DNA from: a virus | DNA length: 64,000 nucleotides | Reading direction: 5' to 3' (one strand) | IMG/VR virus record: IMGVR_UViG_3300022188_000006 | Coordinates: 92,276 to 156,275 of that record | In this document: piece after piece, positions 18,852 through 27,831 of the stretch | Layout: every line of letters starts with the position of its first letter | How positions within the stretch are numbered: the first letter of the stretch is position 1 | Program-made: the position numbers and the translations under genes | Notes under the pieces: generated by a model | Database searches by the model: none | The model's input: the letters and a program-made list of their open reading frames with translations, nothing else | Told to the model about the DNA's origin: nothing

Positions 18852-19064
18852 TTACGAACAAAGAGAATGAATGATCTCCTCCGTTCTTATCCTGCGTATC
18901 ACAATCTGCTTTCCAGCCCAGAGACTGGGTAAAGCTTCTCCGACAGGCTCCAACGCACCCGTGACCCACACGTACCACTTATTTGGGCGTTCTTCAACGA
19001 ATACTACGCCCGTCGTGGCACTGAGGGCCAGTTTATACAGATCCGTAGCGACCTTACTGTTCAT
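18852..19064 (-). CDS. Small hypothetical protein, weakly similar to 17430-17645
   Basis: YVWV...LPSLWAGKQIVI; overlaps the SOD stop. Confidence 0.5.
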   Translation of the reverse strand: MNSKVATDLYKLALSATTGVVFVEERPNKWYVWVTGALEPVGEALPSLWAGKQIVIRRIRTEEIIHSLCS

Positions 19065-19773
19065 GCCAGTTCCTGTCAGCAAAGCCCCAGTTGACGAGCT
19101 GTCTTACAGCCTTATTCAGGTACGACCGCCTATCGCTCTGATAGTCGAGATAGTAGGCATGCTCCCACAGGTCTATCGCGAGCAGCGGAGTCATACTCTC
19201 ATCCAGCAGTGGTCCCGCGGCATTTTCCCCGTAAACGACTTCTGGCTCTTCGTTTCTCTTGACCAGCCACAACCAACCGGAGCCAAAGAGTTTATCCCCC
19301 ATGTCTACCATGACACGCCGGCATTCTTCGGTCGAACCATATTTCCTTCGCACCGCAGACAGCAGATCACCTGTTGGCGCTGTGTCCTGACCAGGAGGGG
19401 ATATAGACATCCAATAGAATGCGTGATTCCAGGCTTCCCCCGCACGTCTGGCAAGCACCTTGTTCCCATCTGCTCCAGAAGAAATGAGACTTCTCAGATC
19501 TTCTTGCTCGAATCGAGTCCCGCGAACCATTTCCCTCACAAGATCCACGTACCTCTTGTGTATGCGAACGTGCGCCTCGATTGTATCCCTTGAGAGAGCG
19601 GGCGACAGCTCACCCATCTTGAAAGGTAATGCTGGCATCACTAGGCGGCCAGCAATGTCTGTAGCCGGCTGTTCGTTACCTTTTTGCTGCTTCACCTTTG
19701 TCACAAAGGCTGCATTGCTCCCCACAGATTTCAGGAGAGCCCCAAAACCTCCTAGACCAATGCCTGTCTGCAT
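19054..19773 (-). CDS. sodB: Fe/Mn superoxide dismutase family protein with N-terminal leader
   Basis: LPF...LSP..S..TIEAH, WNHAFYW, FGSGWLWL, DLWEHAYY; GGAGG before ATG 19773. Confidence 0.85.
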   Translation of the reverse strand: MQTGIGLGGFGALLKSVGSNAAFVTKVKQQKGNEQPATDIAGRLVMPALPFKMGELSPALSRDTIEAHVRIHKRYVDLVREMVRGTRFEQEDLRSLISSGADGNKVLARRAGEAWNHAFYWMSISPPGQDTAPTGDLLSAVRRKYGSTEECRRVMVDMGDKLFGSGWLWLVKRNEEPEVVYGENAAGPLLDESMTPLLAIDLWEHAYYLDYQSDRRSYLNKAVRQLVNWGFADRNWHEQ

Positions 19774-19844
19774 GCTCTCCTCCCATACACCGCCGGCAGA
19801 CACCGCCTAGCAGTATCAACCGAAGCAAACGCACTGTTATTTTA

Positions 19845-19873
19845 ATCTTATCTATGCCCGGCAAGGGAGTCAA
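19845..19873 (-). promoter_or_regulatory. Sigma70-like promoter opening the packaging/cargo cluster
   Basis: TTGACT-17 nt-TAAGAT; shares GCTTGACTC...GATAA with the 7790-7818 promoter. Confidence 0.65.
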
Positions 19874-19884
19874 GCAGAAGCAAG

Positions 19885-19912
19885 AGGGGCGCATGGCTGA
19901 TCATGCGCCCCT
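19885..19912 (-). terminator. Terminator-like hairpin
   Basis: 11-bp stem AGGGGCGCATG/CATGCGCCCCT with a weak pyrimidine tail. Confidence 0.5.
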
Positions 19913-19996
19913 TCTCGTGCCTCAATCTGGCAGAACCGTCGTCACAGGAGAGGACTATTTACTCCGTTTGTCAAACTTCTACTGCGTTCTTTCTGG

Positions 19997-20031
19997 AAAA
20001 ACGAGAGTCACGCCGGGCGAGCGTGACTCTC
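19997..20031 (-). terminator. Intrinsic terminator after nrdJ
   Basis: 11-bp stem GAGAGTCACGC/GCGTGACTCTC followed by GTTTTT on the minus strand. Confidence 0.65.
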
Positions 20032-20085
20032 TGGGCAACACAGGACACAAGGAAGCGCCTGTTAGTCACCAATATGGATACAACA

Positions 20086-22101
20086 TCAATCGTCCTGGAG
20101 AACAATCCTGCAAGAGTTATTCTTGCATTCAAGTTCTCCTGCAGCACTGAACTTCATTTCTGCTGCGTCGTAATCTTCTTTTTCGATGCGTTCATACGGC
20201 ATCTGCGGTCGGTTTGAAACAGTGGGCATGACTGTCGTACCCTTCAGGTGCGGCCCGAAAGCAATGAGAGCGCGTTCAACATCCTCCACAGTCACCTTTT
20301 CGGGATCCACGTTGACAGTGAAGGAAATCGAGTTGTCCACATAGCTGTCCTGAACTGTCTTCTGTACGTCAAGGTATTCCTCCAGGGTCAGGTCTGTCGA
20401 CTCCTCGACAAGCCCCGGATCAATTTCGGGATCGTCCAGTATCTTAGCCCGACAGATGTAAGAAACTACCTTCGTATTGGGACTATAAAGCGAATCCTCT
20501 ACATCGAGTCCGTTCTTTTCTGCCTCTTCGACGATTTTCCGTTGGTTTTCGTCGCTCATCAAATAGGCCACGCGACGCCGAAAATACCGGAACATCACCG
20601 GCTGCATACCCTCCGAACACCCCGCCAGCTTAGATGTCGAGCCCGTGGGAGCACACGTGCTCACCTTCACAGGTTCAGGTATCCTCAGTTCGAAAGCATA
20701 CTCGCGCGCTGCATTCCTTACCATCTTTGCCGCCTTCTGCAGGGCGGTCTTCTGCCTTTCGGCCGACGGAAACTCACTGAACCGCACGCCTTCCCTTACC
20801 AACCAATCGGCAAATCCCGTAAATCCGACGCCAATTCTCCTATCGCGTAGCACAACCTCACGTGCAGGCCCCTCCGGATAGTCGGCATACGTAGCACGGA
20901 TGAGGAATCGCGTCATCAGCCTAAACGCTTCCAACATTCCAGCCAAATCATGTGCAAATTTGCCCAAATTCACACTCCCGAGGATGCAGCTCCCCCACTC
21001 CGGCAGCGTTATCTCCCCACAAGGATTTGTGCAAACAATCTTGTTTGGCTCTCCCTCATTCGCTTTCGTTATGTTGAATATCCCAGGCTCACCATTTGAC
21101 AGGGCTCCTTCGGCAATCATCCGCATAATCTTTTGAGCGTGTGCATCCTTTCGTCGAAGTGCCAGCCAAAAGTAACTGTCAAGCACAATCGAGATATTCG
21201 TGGTCCAGTGCGCTGAGCCATCAGCTTTCAGGTCAAGAAACCTCTCGATGTCCTCGTCCTTCCAATGCTTCATTGACATCCTGGCACTACGCCGGGAGCT
21301 TCCAGCAACTACGCAGCGGGCAATCTCATGGTCTATATCCAGACAGAGAAATGAATCCGGTTTCGTGCCGACAGCGGCATTCATTCTGTCCGCGACCGAC
21401 AAAAGCATCTCTACAAGTGCGGCAGGTCCACTGGCAACCCCACCAAACCTCTTCAGTCGACTGCCGCTCGGCCGCACATGCGAGACATCGAACACCACCT
21501 CCTTTGCCCGTTCACCCTTTTCATAATATAGGTCTAACATGAGCCCGAGAGCGTCCACCCAGCCCTCGCGGCTATCTTCCACCTGGATCGCACCGGCCCA
21601 AGAGGCAGCATATTTCTTCGATAGGAATCCGCGTATCTGCTCATAGTCTTTGTGTGCTTCATCGCAAACAACATGGACATCCACCGGGTGATGGATTCTG
21701 CCGTACCGGCACACGAAGGGATTGCTGTAGTTTGCGCCGACACCACCTCCTTCCATCAGGCGCGCAAAGGTAAATCGGAAGTGCTCAGAAAATTTTTCAC
21801 CCCACCCGGACACCCAGCAGTTTGCCACCGTTTGTACACCTATCGCGCCCGTCGACCAAAGGTGTCGTCCGCCGGGCAGAAGCTTAAAATGGTAGATAAG
21901 GTTGAACAGCTTCTCAGGCTCTCCGCGCTCTATGAACCTCTTCGGCACAAACCTGCAGTTTCCTTCTACGACCCGTTTGACTGTTTCTGCCCACTCTTCC
22001 TTGCTACCATCCGGCTTGGTTCGACTGTATGTTCGCCGGAAAATATCCTCTCCAAGAGAACCCCACGAAGGCGCATCGAGCCGTTCAGGAAGCCGCAGCA
22101 T
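20086..22101 (-). CDS. nrdJ: Class II (AdoCbl-dependent) ribonucleotide reductase
   Basis: RTYSR, PGGR, ANC, EDSREGW, RRSA, TNPCGE, APTGS, C-terminal CxxxxC; ATG 22101 with AGGAG. Confidence 0.93.
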   Translation of the reverse strand: MLRLPERLDAPSWGSLGEDIFRRTYSRTKPDGSKEEWAETVKRVVEGNCRFVPKRFIERGEPEKLFNLIYHFKLLPGGRHLWSTGAIGVQTVANCWVSGWGEKFSEHFRFTFARLMEGGGVGANYSNPFVCRYGRIHHPVDVHVVCDEAHKDYEQIRGFLSKKYAASWAGAIQVEDSREGWVDALGLMLDLYYEKGERAKEVVFDVSHVRPSGSRLKRFGGVASGPAALVEMLLSVADRMNAAVGTKPDSFLCLDIDHEIARCVVAGSSRRSARMSMKHWKDEDIERFLDLKADGSAHWTTNISIVLDSYFWLALRRKDAHAQKIMRMIAEGALSNGEPGIFNITKANEGEPNKIVCTNPCGEITLPEWGSCILGSVNLGKFAHDLAGMLEAFRLMTRFLIRATYADYPEGPAREVVLRDRRIGVGFTGFADWLVREGVRFSEFPSAERQKTALQKAAKMVRNAAREYAFELRIPEPVKVSTCAPTGSTSKLAGCSEGMQPVMFRYFRRRVAYLMSDENQRKIVEEAEKNGLDVEDSLYSPNTKVVSYICRAKILDDPEIDPGLVEESTDLTLEEYLDVQKTVQDSYVDNSISFTVNVDPEKVTVEDVERALIAFGPHLKGTTVMPTVSNRPQMPYERIEKEDYDAAEMKFSAAGELECKNNSCRIVLQDD

Positions 22102-22145
22102 CCCTCTCCTCCTTTCCACTCTGTTCAACCAAAACCGGATAGGCT

Positions 22146-22409
22146 CTAAAGACTGTCCCAGGTAGCGACTTCCGCCGGGTCGAGAAGCTCTATCGGTAAC
22201 GCCAGGCGATACCGTCGATAGCTTCTTCCCTCTTCGTTAAGTCGCTCCTGGCATCTTTTACAGAACCTATTGAAGTTGCCTTCCGACCAGAACTTTTTTC
22301 CGCACCCCAGGCATGCTCTTTTTCGCCTACTCATTGGCAAGCCCTGTTGCGGGTGCCAACATTTGTATCGGGTCCGCCCTGTTGGCACCACTAGCCCATG
22401 AACAAGCAC
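22146..22409 (-). CDS. Small Zn-finger protein
   Basis: CLGCGKKFWSEG..NRFCKRC. Confidence 0.6.
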   Translation of the reverse strand: MLVHGLVVPTGRTRYKCWHPQQGLPMSRRKRACLGCGKKFWSEGNFNRFCKRCQERLNEEGRSYRRYRLALPIELLDPAEVATWDSL

Positions 22410-22426
22410 GCCCGGACAGCGTCCGT

Positions 22427-23062
22427 TTAGTTCTTTCCTGCTTTCTTTGCCGCTTCTTCTTTGTCCTCCTCTTCAGCAGCCATACTAAATGCCATCAGCA
22501 AATCCACCAAGAAGTCGTCGTCAGGATCCCCGTGAAAGGGCTCCGCCCAAATGACAAAGTTGCTCACCTTCGGAGACTTGACGATGAGTTCCTGTTCCTC
22601 GTCCTGGCCAAGCCGAACATCCACACCCCACTTCGCCAGCTTGGCGAGGTTCAACAGCTCACCTTCACCAGCGGCAGAGAGCAGCACGACTGAATCCGTA
22701 CCAAGCTTCCTGCCATCGTAGAAACCCTCCTGCACCAACTCGGCGGCGACTTCCTTCAGCATCTCGCCTGGCAATACATGCTCGAAGTACATTTCCAGAC
22801 CACTTTGCTTCAGGAAAGCGTCCAGAAAGTTCGTCTGATGTTTGGATGTGAGCGTAACCTGCTTGAAGAACCGCCGCGCTTCAGTCAGAAATGTCTCGAC
22901 ATGAGGCCGCAAAACGAGGGTACTTGTGTCCTGCATCCCGGCCACGTCATCGAAATACTTGAAAGCCACGGGCTTGAGTTTGCTGCTTAGCCGGGCCTCA
23001 GTCAGGTCTGTCGCAACCAGCACATCTTCCAGGTCCACCAAGAGGGTTTCGATCTTCTTCAT
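22427..23062 (-). CDS. HAD/FCP1-like fold protein, degenerate motif I
   Basis: LLVDLEDVLV in place of DxDxT; LRPHVETFL. Confidence 0.6.
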   Translation of the reverse strand: MKKIETLLVDLEDVLVATDLTEARLSSKLKPVAFKYFDDVAGMQDTSTLVLRPHVETFLTEARRFFKQVTLTSKHQTNFLDAFLKQSGLEMYFEHVLPGEMLKEVAAELVQEGFYDGRKLGTDSVVLLSAAGEGELLNLAKLAKWGVDVRLGQDEEQELIVKSPKVSNFVIWAEPFHGDPDDDFLVDLLMAFSMAAEEEDKEEAAKKAGKN

Positions 23063-23072
23063 TGTTGCGTCC

Positions 23073-23116
23073 TCCGGCTGTCTATCATACTATACGACAT
23101 GACAGCCGGAAATCAA
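23073..23116 (-). promoter_or_regulatory. RBS-sequestering hairpin with embedded promoter-like elements
   Basis: TCCGGCTGTC/GACAGCCGGA 10-bp IR overlapping GGAGG; TTGATT-16-TATAGT. Confidence 0.5.
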
Positions 23117-23123
23117 CCTACCA

Positions 23124-24947
23124 CTACTTGGCTTCAGCCCAGTTATCGCCAATACCGACCTTTGCTATCAGTGGGACAAGCAAATTTGTAACCGCCTCCA
23201 TAACCTCCTTCAGCCTCTGGGCTGCCTGCTCGGCGATTTCCTCCGGAGCCTCGACAACCAGCTCGTCATGGACCTGTAGGAGCATGTGCACACCCTCCCA
23301 GCGGGGATCCTGCATCATCATTCGTCTTCTCTCTCTGGAGAAGTTGCGCATCGCGATATTCATTATGTCTGCGGCACTACCCTGAATGCTGGCATTCGTT
23401 CCGACCCTGACCGCGCTCTCGAAGTCCTTTTTCACCAGCGCCGCAAGATTCCTTTTTCTCCCCGCTATGGTCGTCACATAGCCGCGTGTCCTCAACATTT
23501 CTCTGATCTGGAGGTGATACCGAGGTATCGCTGAATATCGCTCGAAGAACCTCGTGCTGTACTTCTTGCACTCAGCCACTGTCTTCACCAGGCGCGCATT
23601 TTTCCACAGCATCCGCTGTAGGCCCTGCGGACTCAGCCCGTAGATCAGCCCGAAATTGCACGCCTTTGCAATCACCCGGTTGTCCTCGGACCCGCCCAAT
23701 CCTAACGCTTCCTGCGTTCGACTGTGTATATCGCCATCCTCGCGGTAAATCTCGATCATCGTCTTATCTTGAGACCGATGCGCCATCAATCTCAGTTCTA
23801 TCTGGGAGTAATCTGCGACACACAGCTTGTTGCCGGGAGTAGCCACAAAAGCTTTCCTGAGTGCGTATTTTTCCCCTTTCTTTGGCCGCGGAATGTTCTG
23901 CAAATTGGGGTCAGAACTAGATAACCGCATCGTCTTCGTGCCGGTTGAGTGGAACGAGCAGTGTATCCGGCTCTCAGGATCTGAAGAAACCAGCTTGAGG
24001 AACGGGTCTACGTATGTGCCACGTATCTTCGTCAACTTACGGAAGTACAATAGGTCCCGCACGAAGTCATTCTCGACGTAGCGGGTCAGAATGTCCTCGC
24101 CAGTCCCGTAAAAACCCTTCTTCCCTCGCTTCATGAATGGCAACGGCTTGAGCCTGAGCCCCTCCGGGTCGTCGAATAGGTATTTGCTGATGCGCTCCGG
24201 ACTGGTCAACATGACCTTTCCATTTGACATAGCAATAGCCCTATCTTCTACCTCTTTGATTTCCTGCATAAGGTACTTACGGTACTCCCTCAGGTAGTCT
24301 CCGTCTATGCGGATACCTCGATACTCCATCTCTGCAAGAATGCGCACCAGGGGCATCGCCATGTCCCAGAATACCTTCTTCACCTTTGGTCGGCGATTGA
24401 CCTGCCTCGTCAGCTCCTTGTAGCACGCCATCGTCCAGAGCGCATCATCCTTTCCGTATTGCTCCTCGTCTTTCCCGAACAGACCGCCACTCAGAGCGCT
24501 CTCCTTCCATGTCTCCAAAATGACGCCAAACAGCTCGTGCGTCAAGCTACCACGGCCCTTCAGAGCAAGTCTGCCGGTTCCAGACCTGTTTTCGTCCAGA
24601 CAGTAGGCCAGTATCATTGTGTCTGCAACACGACAGTTCACGTCCCAGGAAGCTGCCCACATGAATTTCAAATCGAACTTACCACCATGAAACACTGCCG
24701 TCTTCTCGCTGTCTGAAAGCGCAGGCTTCAGTCTCTCTTTCAGAACGTGCAGAGGGATACTTCTAGATTGCCTCTGAACTCTGAAATACCATCCATCCTT
24801 CTCTGAAACAGCAAACGAAACGCCGATAATCCGGTCCTCACGTGGATTCAGACCCGTGGTCTCCAAGTCCATCGAGAAGACCTTGGCCTTCTTCAAGGAC
24901 TTCACACAAGAGTCGAGTTGAGCCAACAGAAGATCCGTCTCGTTCAT
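23124..24947 (-). CDS. polA: Family A DNA polymerase (3'-5' exonuclease + polymerase)
   Basis: DLETTG, RLSSSDPNLQNIP, ADYSQIELR, R..AK..NFGLIYG, QVHDE. Confidence 0.96.
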   Translation of the reverse strand: MNETDLLLAQLDSCVKSLKKAKVFSMDLETTGLNPREDRIIGVSFAVSEKDGWYFRVQRQSRSIPLHVLKERLKPALSDSEKTAVFHGGKFDLKFMWAASWDVNCRVADTMILAYCLDENRSGTGRLALKGRGSLTHELFGVILETWKESALSGGLFGKDEEQYGKDDALWTMACYKELTRQVNRRPKVKKVFWDMAMPLVRILAEMEYRGIRIDGDYLREYRKYLMQEIKEVEDRAIAMSNGKVMLTSPERISKYLFDDPEGLRLKPLPFMKRGKKGFYGTGEDILTRYVENDFVRDLLYFRKLTKIRGTYVDPFLKLVSSDPESRIHCSFHSTGTKTMRLSSSDPNLQNIPRPKKGEKYALRKAFVATPGNKLCVADYSQIELRLMAHRSQDKTMIEIYREDGDIHSRTQEALGLGGSEDNRVIAKACNFGLIYGLSPQGLQRMLWKNARLVKTVAECKKYSTRFFERYSAIPRYHLQIREMLRTRGYVTTIAGRKRNLAALVKKDFESAVRVGTNASIQGSAADIMNIAMRNFSRERRRMMMQDPRWEGVHMLLQVHDELVVEAPEEIAEQAAQRLKEVMEAVTNLLVPLIAKVGIGDNWAEAK

Positions 24948-24970
24948 ATCGACCTGTCAACCGCTCAATG

Positions 24971-24996
24971 AAAAAAGGGCGGGCCGAAGCCCGCCC
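24971..24996 (-). terminator. Intrinsic terminator after the SSB gene
   Basis: GGGCGGGC-TTCG-GCCCGCCC-TTTTTT. Confidence 0.85.
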
Positions 24997-25003
24997 CGGG
25001 ACG

Positions 25004-25807
25004 TCAGAACGGTATGTCATCAGCAGCAGAAATCGGATTCCCCGCCTCCGGCTTTGGCGCCGATGCTCCACTACTACTTCCCCCGGACTTCCGCCTCCCG
25101 TTGCCGTCCGTGATCTGGTACTGGCTGAAGAGCCGCTGCTGCTCATCAATCGGCATCGGAGCGAACAAGTCCCGATAGAATTTCTCGGCTTCCTCGGCCG
25201 TGAATCCATACGGATCCAGATTCATATTCTCCGCGCCGTACTGCTTCAGGTATGCCTTCAGGTCGTCGATCTTCTCCATTGGTTCATAATCGTCGCCGAC
25301 CCTAGGACTGCGCTTCTCGTGCCGAGCGACGGTGTACAGCCAACCCTTCAGGTTTCCCTTGCGTTCCTTCTTGGTCTCGATAATCGACAACGCTGAAGGA
25401 ACGGCCATAAGCAGCTTCTTTCGGGGTGTCACCCTCATCTCTCCGGTATCGCGGTCCTTCCAGGGCGTAACATCGAGAATAGTCATCGCACCGACGAACA
25501 TCCTGCGGAACCCGAGATCTGCCGGCTTACACGGAATCCCGGCCGTCTTCGTACAGGTCACGTAGACACAATTTGCCCAGTCGCCGTCCAAGTCGAGCTT
25601 GTACTCGTACCGACAGAACGGAACCAGTGGCATTGTGTGACCACCACGCTCAACTGTCCAGTCGAAATCGTCCAAGAAAATAATCCGGGCTTCCGAACCG
25701 ACCTTCAGCCAGAAGCGGCTCTGCCGGTTGTTCCCGAACTCGCCGCCAGACCCATCGTTCGTAACTCGCCCCTGCTCAAAACCTCCCATAAACCAGTCAC
25801 CAGCCAT
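25004..25807 (-). CDS. Phage single-stranded DNA-binding protein
   Basis: C-terminal DDIPF tail; RFWLK..RIIFLD; between primase and polA; strong RBS. Confidence 0.7.
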   Translation of the reverse strand: MAGDWFMGGFEQGRVTNDGSGGEFGNNRQSRFWLKVGSEARIIFLDDFDWTVERGGHTMPLVPFCRYEYKLDLDGDWANCVYVTCTKTAGIPCKPADLGFRRMFVGAMTILDVTPWKDRDTGEMRVTPRKKLLMAVPSALSIIETKKERKGNLKGWLYTVARHEKRSPRVGDDYEPMEKIDDLKAYLKQYGAENMNLDPYGFTAEEAEKFYRDLFAPMPIDEQQRLFSQYQITDGNGRRKSGGSSSGASAPKPEAGNPISAADDIPF

Positions 25808-25890
25808 TGCTCTACTCCTTTCCTCTCCTCTGTTGCCAATTTGGCACCATGACTTTACCGGCCACGCACCGGCCCATGAATTTGAGTGTG

Positions 25891-26958
25891 CTAAATAAAG
25901 CGAAGCGTCTCCGCTCTTTCAATGCACTTTCTGACAGAATCTTCATCCATGCCACAAAAATCCTTTTGCTTATATGATCCACTGTCGGCATCTCGTGCTG
26001 CACCGCACTTTCTGCATAGTATCTCCCTTCCAGAGGAAGACAATTTCAACCTAAAATCACCACATGCACAGGTCTCTGCAGGCCAGGCAACCTTCAGAAG
26101 GCATCTGTTCTTCAGTCGGTGAACAGCTTTCGCCATTCCACGTAAACCGGCGACATCCCAGTCGAGCGCGAGAACAATTGGCTTCTTCATAGATAACAGC
26201 TTTTCGGCCTGAATCGCTGAGACCTCGGCACCCATTACGGCCACCGCGTCAAAACCGCACTGCCTCAGCCAGATCGCGTCGAAAAAACCCTCCACAACCA
26301 GCATCTGGTCGGCGACACTCGCTAGGTGTTCACCATAAAGATATCGGCTCTTCTTAAAAGGAATCATCGGCAGATACTTGGGCCGCTGGTTCTCAAAAAT
26401 AGTCCTCGTCATTACACCCACAAGAGCCTTGTCGGCACTCCTCCTAACGGGAATCACGACCTTGCCCTCTTCCTTGTGATAACCCAGATCCCACAGCTTG
26501 CAGCTCTCCAGGGTTATCCCGCGGTCGAGGACGTAACGCGGAACCCTCCCAGAGAACGGCGCCAATTCTTCCTCTGAAAGTACCTCGTCAGGTTCTACAG
26601 CCACGGGAGCAAACTGATCCAACGTCCTATATTTTGTCTCCAAACTGGAGACACGTAGTGCCTCGCCCTCATGCTGCTCTACCAGCCTCAAAATCTCCGG
26701 AGGGATCAACATGCCAAGGCTCTGCAACCTACGGCAGAGCTTCTTCACCGAGCCGCCGGATTCTCCGCAAGCAAAGCAGTGATAGCGACTGCCCTGTCCT
26801 GGCTCAGAGATCTCTATACTGAATGATGGGTGGCGGTCCCTAAAATCCTTGTGCGTGAACCTGGCAAACGGACAGTTTGCAGAGATGTTTTTTTCTCTCT
26901 CTGATATCTTGCCGCAGCCCAGGCCCGAGAGGACCTGCCTTAGATGTGCTCTATCCAT
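25891..26958 (-). CDS. dnaG: DNA primase (Zn-binding + TOPRIM)
   Basis: CPF..H..D.HPSF..YHCFAC; VVEGFFDA; LALDWDVAG. Confidence 0.9.
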   Translation of the reverse strand: MDRAHLRQVLSGLGCGKISEREKNISANCPFARFTHKDFRDRHPSFSIEISEPGQGSRYHCFACGESGGSVKKLCRRLQSLGMLIPPEILRLVEQHEGEALRVSSLETKYRTLDQFAPVAVEPDEVLSEEELAPFSGRVPRYVLDRGITLESCKLWDLGYHKEEGKVVIPVRRSADKALVGVMTRTIFENQRPKYLPMIPFKKSRYLYGEHLASVADQMLVVEGFFDAIWLRQCGFDAVAVMGAEVSAIQAEKLLSMKKPIVLALDWDVAGLRGMAKAVHRLKNRCLLKVAWPAETCACGDFRLKLSSSGREILCRKCGAARDADSGSYKQKDFCGMDEDSVRKCIERAETLRFI

Positions 26959-27013
26959 TCCCCTTGCTAACCAAACGTCGCCGCAGATGCGGCCCCCGTC
27001 TCTCCGTCACCGG

Positions 27014-27322
27014 TCAGAGCCGGCCCCATTTTTCCGTCACGTGTAGCACTTGCGTGCCCTCTGGTAGAAATACGAATACCTTCTTCTCTCTCCTCGCCGC
27101 TTCCGCCACTGACTCTTTCAAAGCCTTCATGGCCTCCTCGGAGACTTCCTTCGGAAGCGTAAGAAACACAAGATTCTCCAGCTCGGTCCGCCAACAGCGT
27201 ATCTCGTCCAGCTCGATACCTTCTCCGTCCAACGCCTTCAATCTGAGTGTCAGACCCTCTGGAGCATGCTTTTTGTCGAACTCGTCCATACTAGACTTAC
27301 CGCCCTCGTTTACAGCTTTCAA
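27014..27322 (-). CDS. Hypothetical protein
   Basis: ORF in operon; start uncertain. Confidence 0.55.
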   Translation of the reverse strand: MKAVNEGGKSSMDEFDKKHAPEGLTLRLKALDGEGIELDEIRCWRTELENLVFLTLPKEVSEEAMKALKESVAEAARREKKVFVFLPEGTQVLHVTEKWGRL

Positions 27323-27831
27323 GTAACTTTCCTGGCACGCGCTTCGATTTCCTCAAACATCGCAATAGCAATCATGCTGGCAAGCTTGTCACGGATTTCC
27401 CGTGTGTGCGTCCGATAAAATTCTTCCTGTTGTTCTGGCGTAGTGTAATCAGGGTTAATGTATCCAGAATCTAGCATCTCCTCCCGGTCTGCCTCTGCGG
27501 CTACCCGCCGCGCCACTTCCCAAAGCCACTTCGGAATTACATCGGAAACAAAACAAAGCTTGAACACGTCTTTCGTAACAAGCTGCCCCAGTCCATTCTC
27601 CTCTGCATCGCCATTACCGGCATAGATCGCATAGACCTCACCATCCGGGACATTAAGCCTGCGCCACTTCTTTGCCTCGCGAAACGAACGCCACACACGA
27701 GTTCCCCGAGACACGCTTGCCTCGGGGTCGTTCTTTATCCGCCGGTACTCCTGCCGGCTCAGCACCACATACATCGCGTCAGGCATCTTCATACGTGGGC
27801 GCCTCGGCCGCAACGACAACTTTCCTGTCAT
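27319..27831 (-). CDS. Hypothetical protein
   Basis: ORF in operon. Confidence 0.6.
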   Translation of the reverse strand: MTGKLSLRPRRPRMKMPDAMYVVLSRQEYRRIKNDPEASVSRGTRVWRSFREAKKWRRLNVPDGEVYAIYAGNGDAEENGLGQLVTKDVFKLCFVSDVIPKWLWEVARRVAAEADREEMLDSGYINPDYTTPEQQEEFYRTHTREIRDKLASMIAIAMFEEIEARARKVT

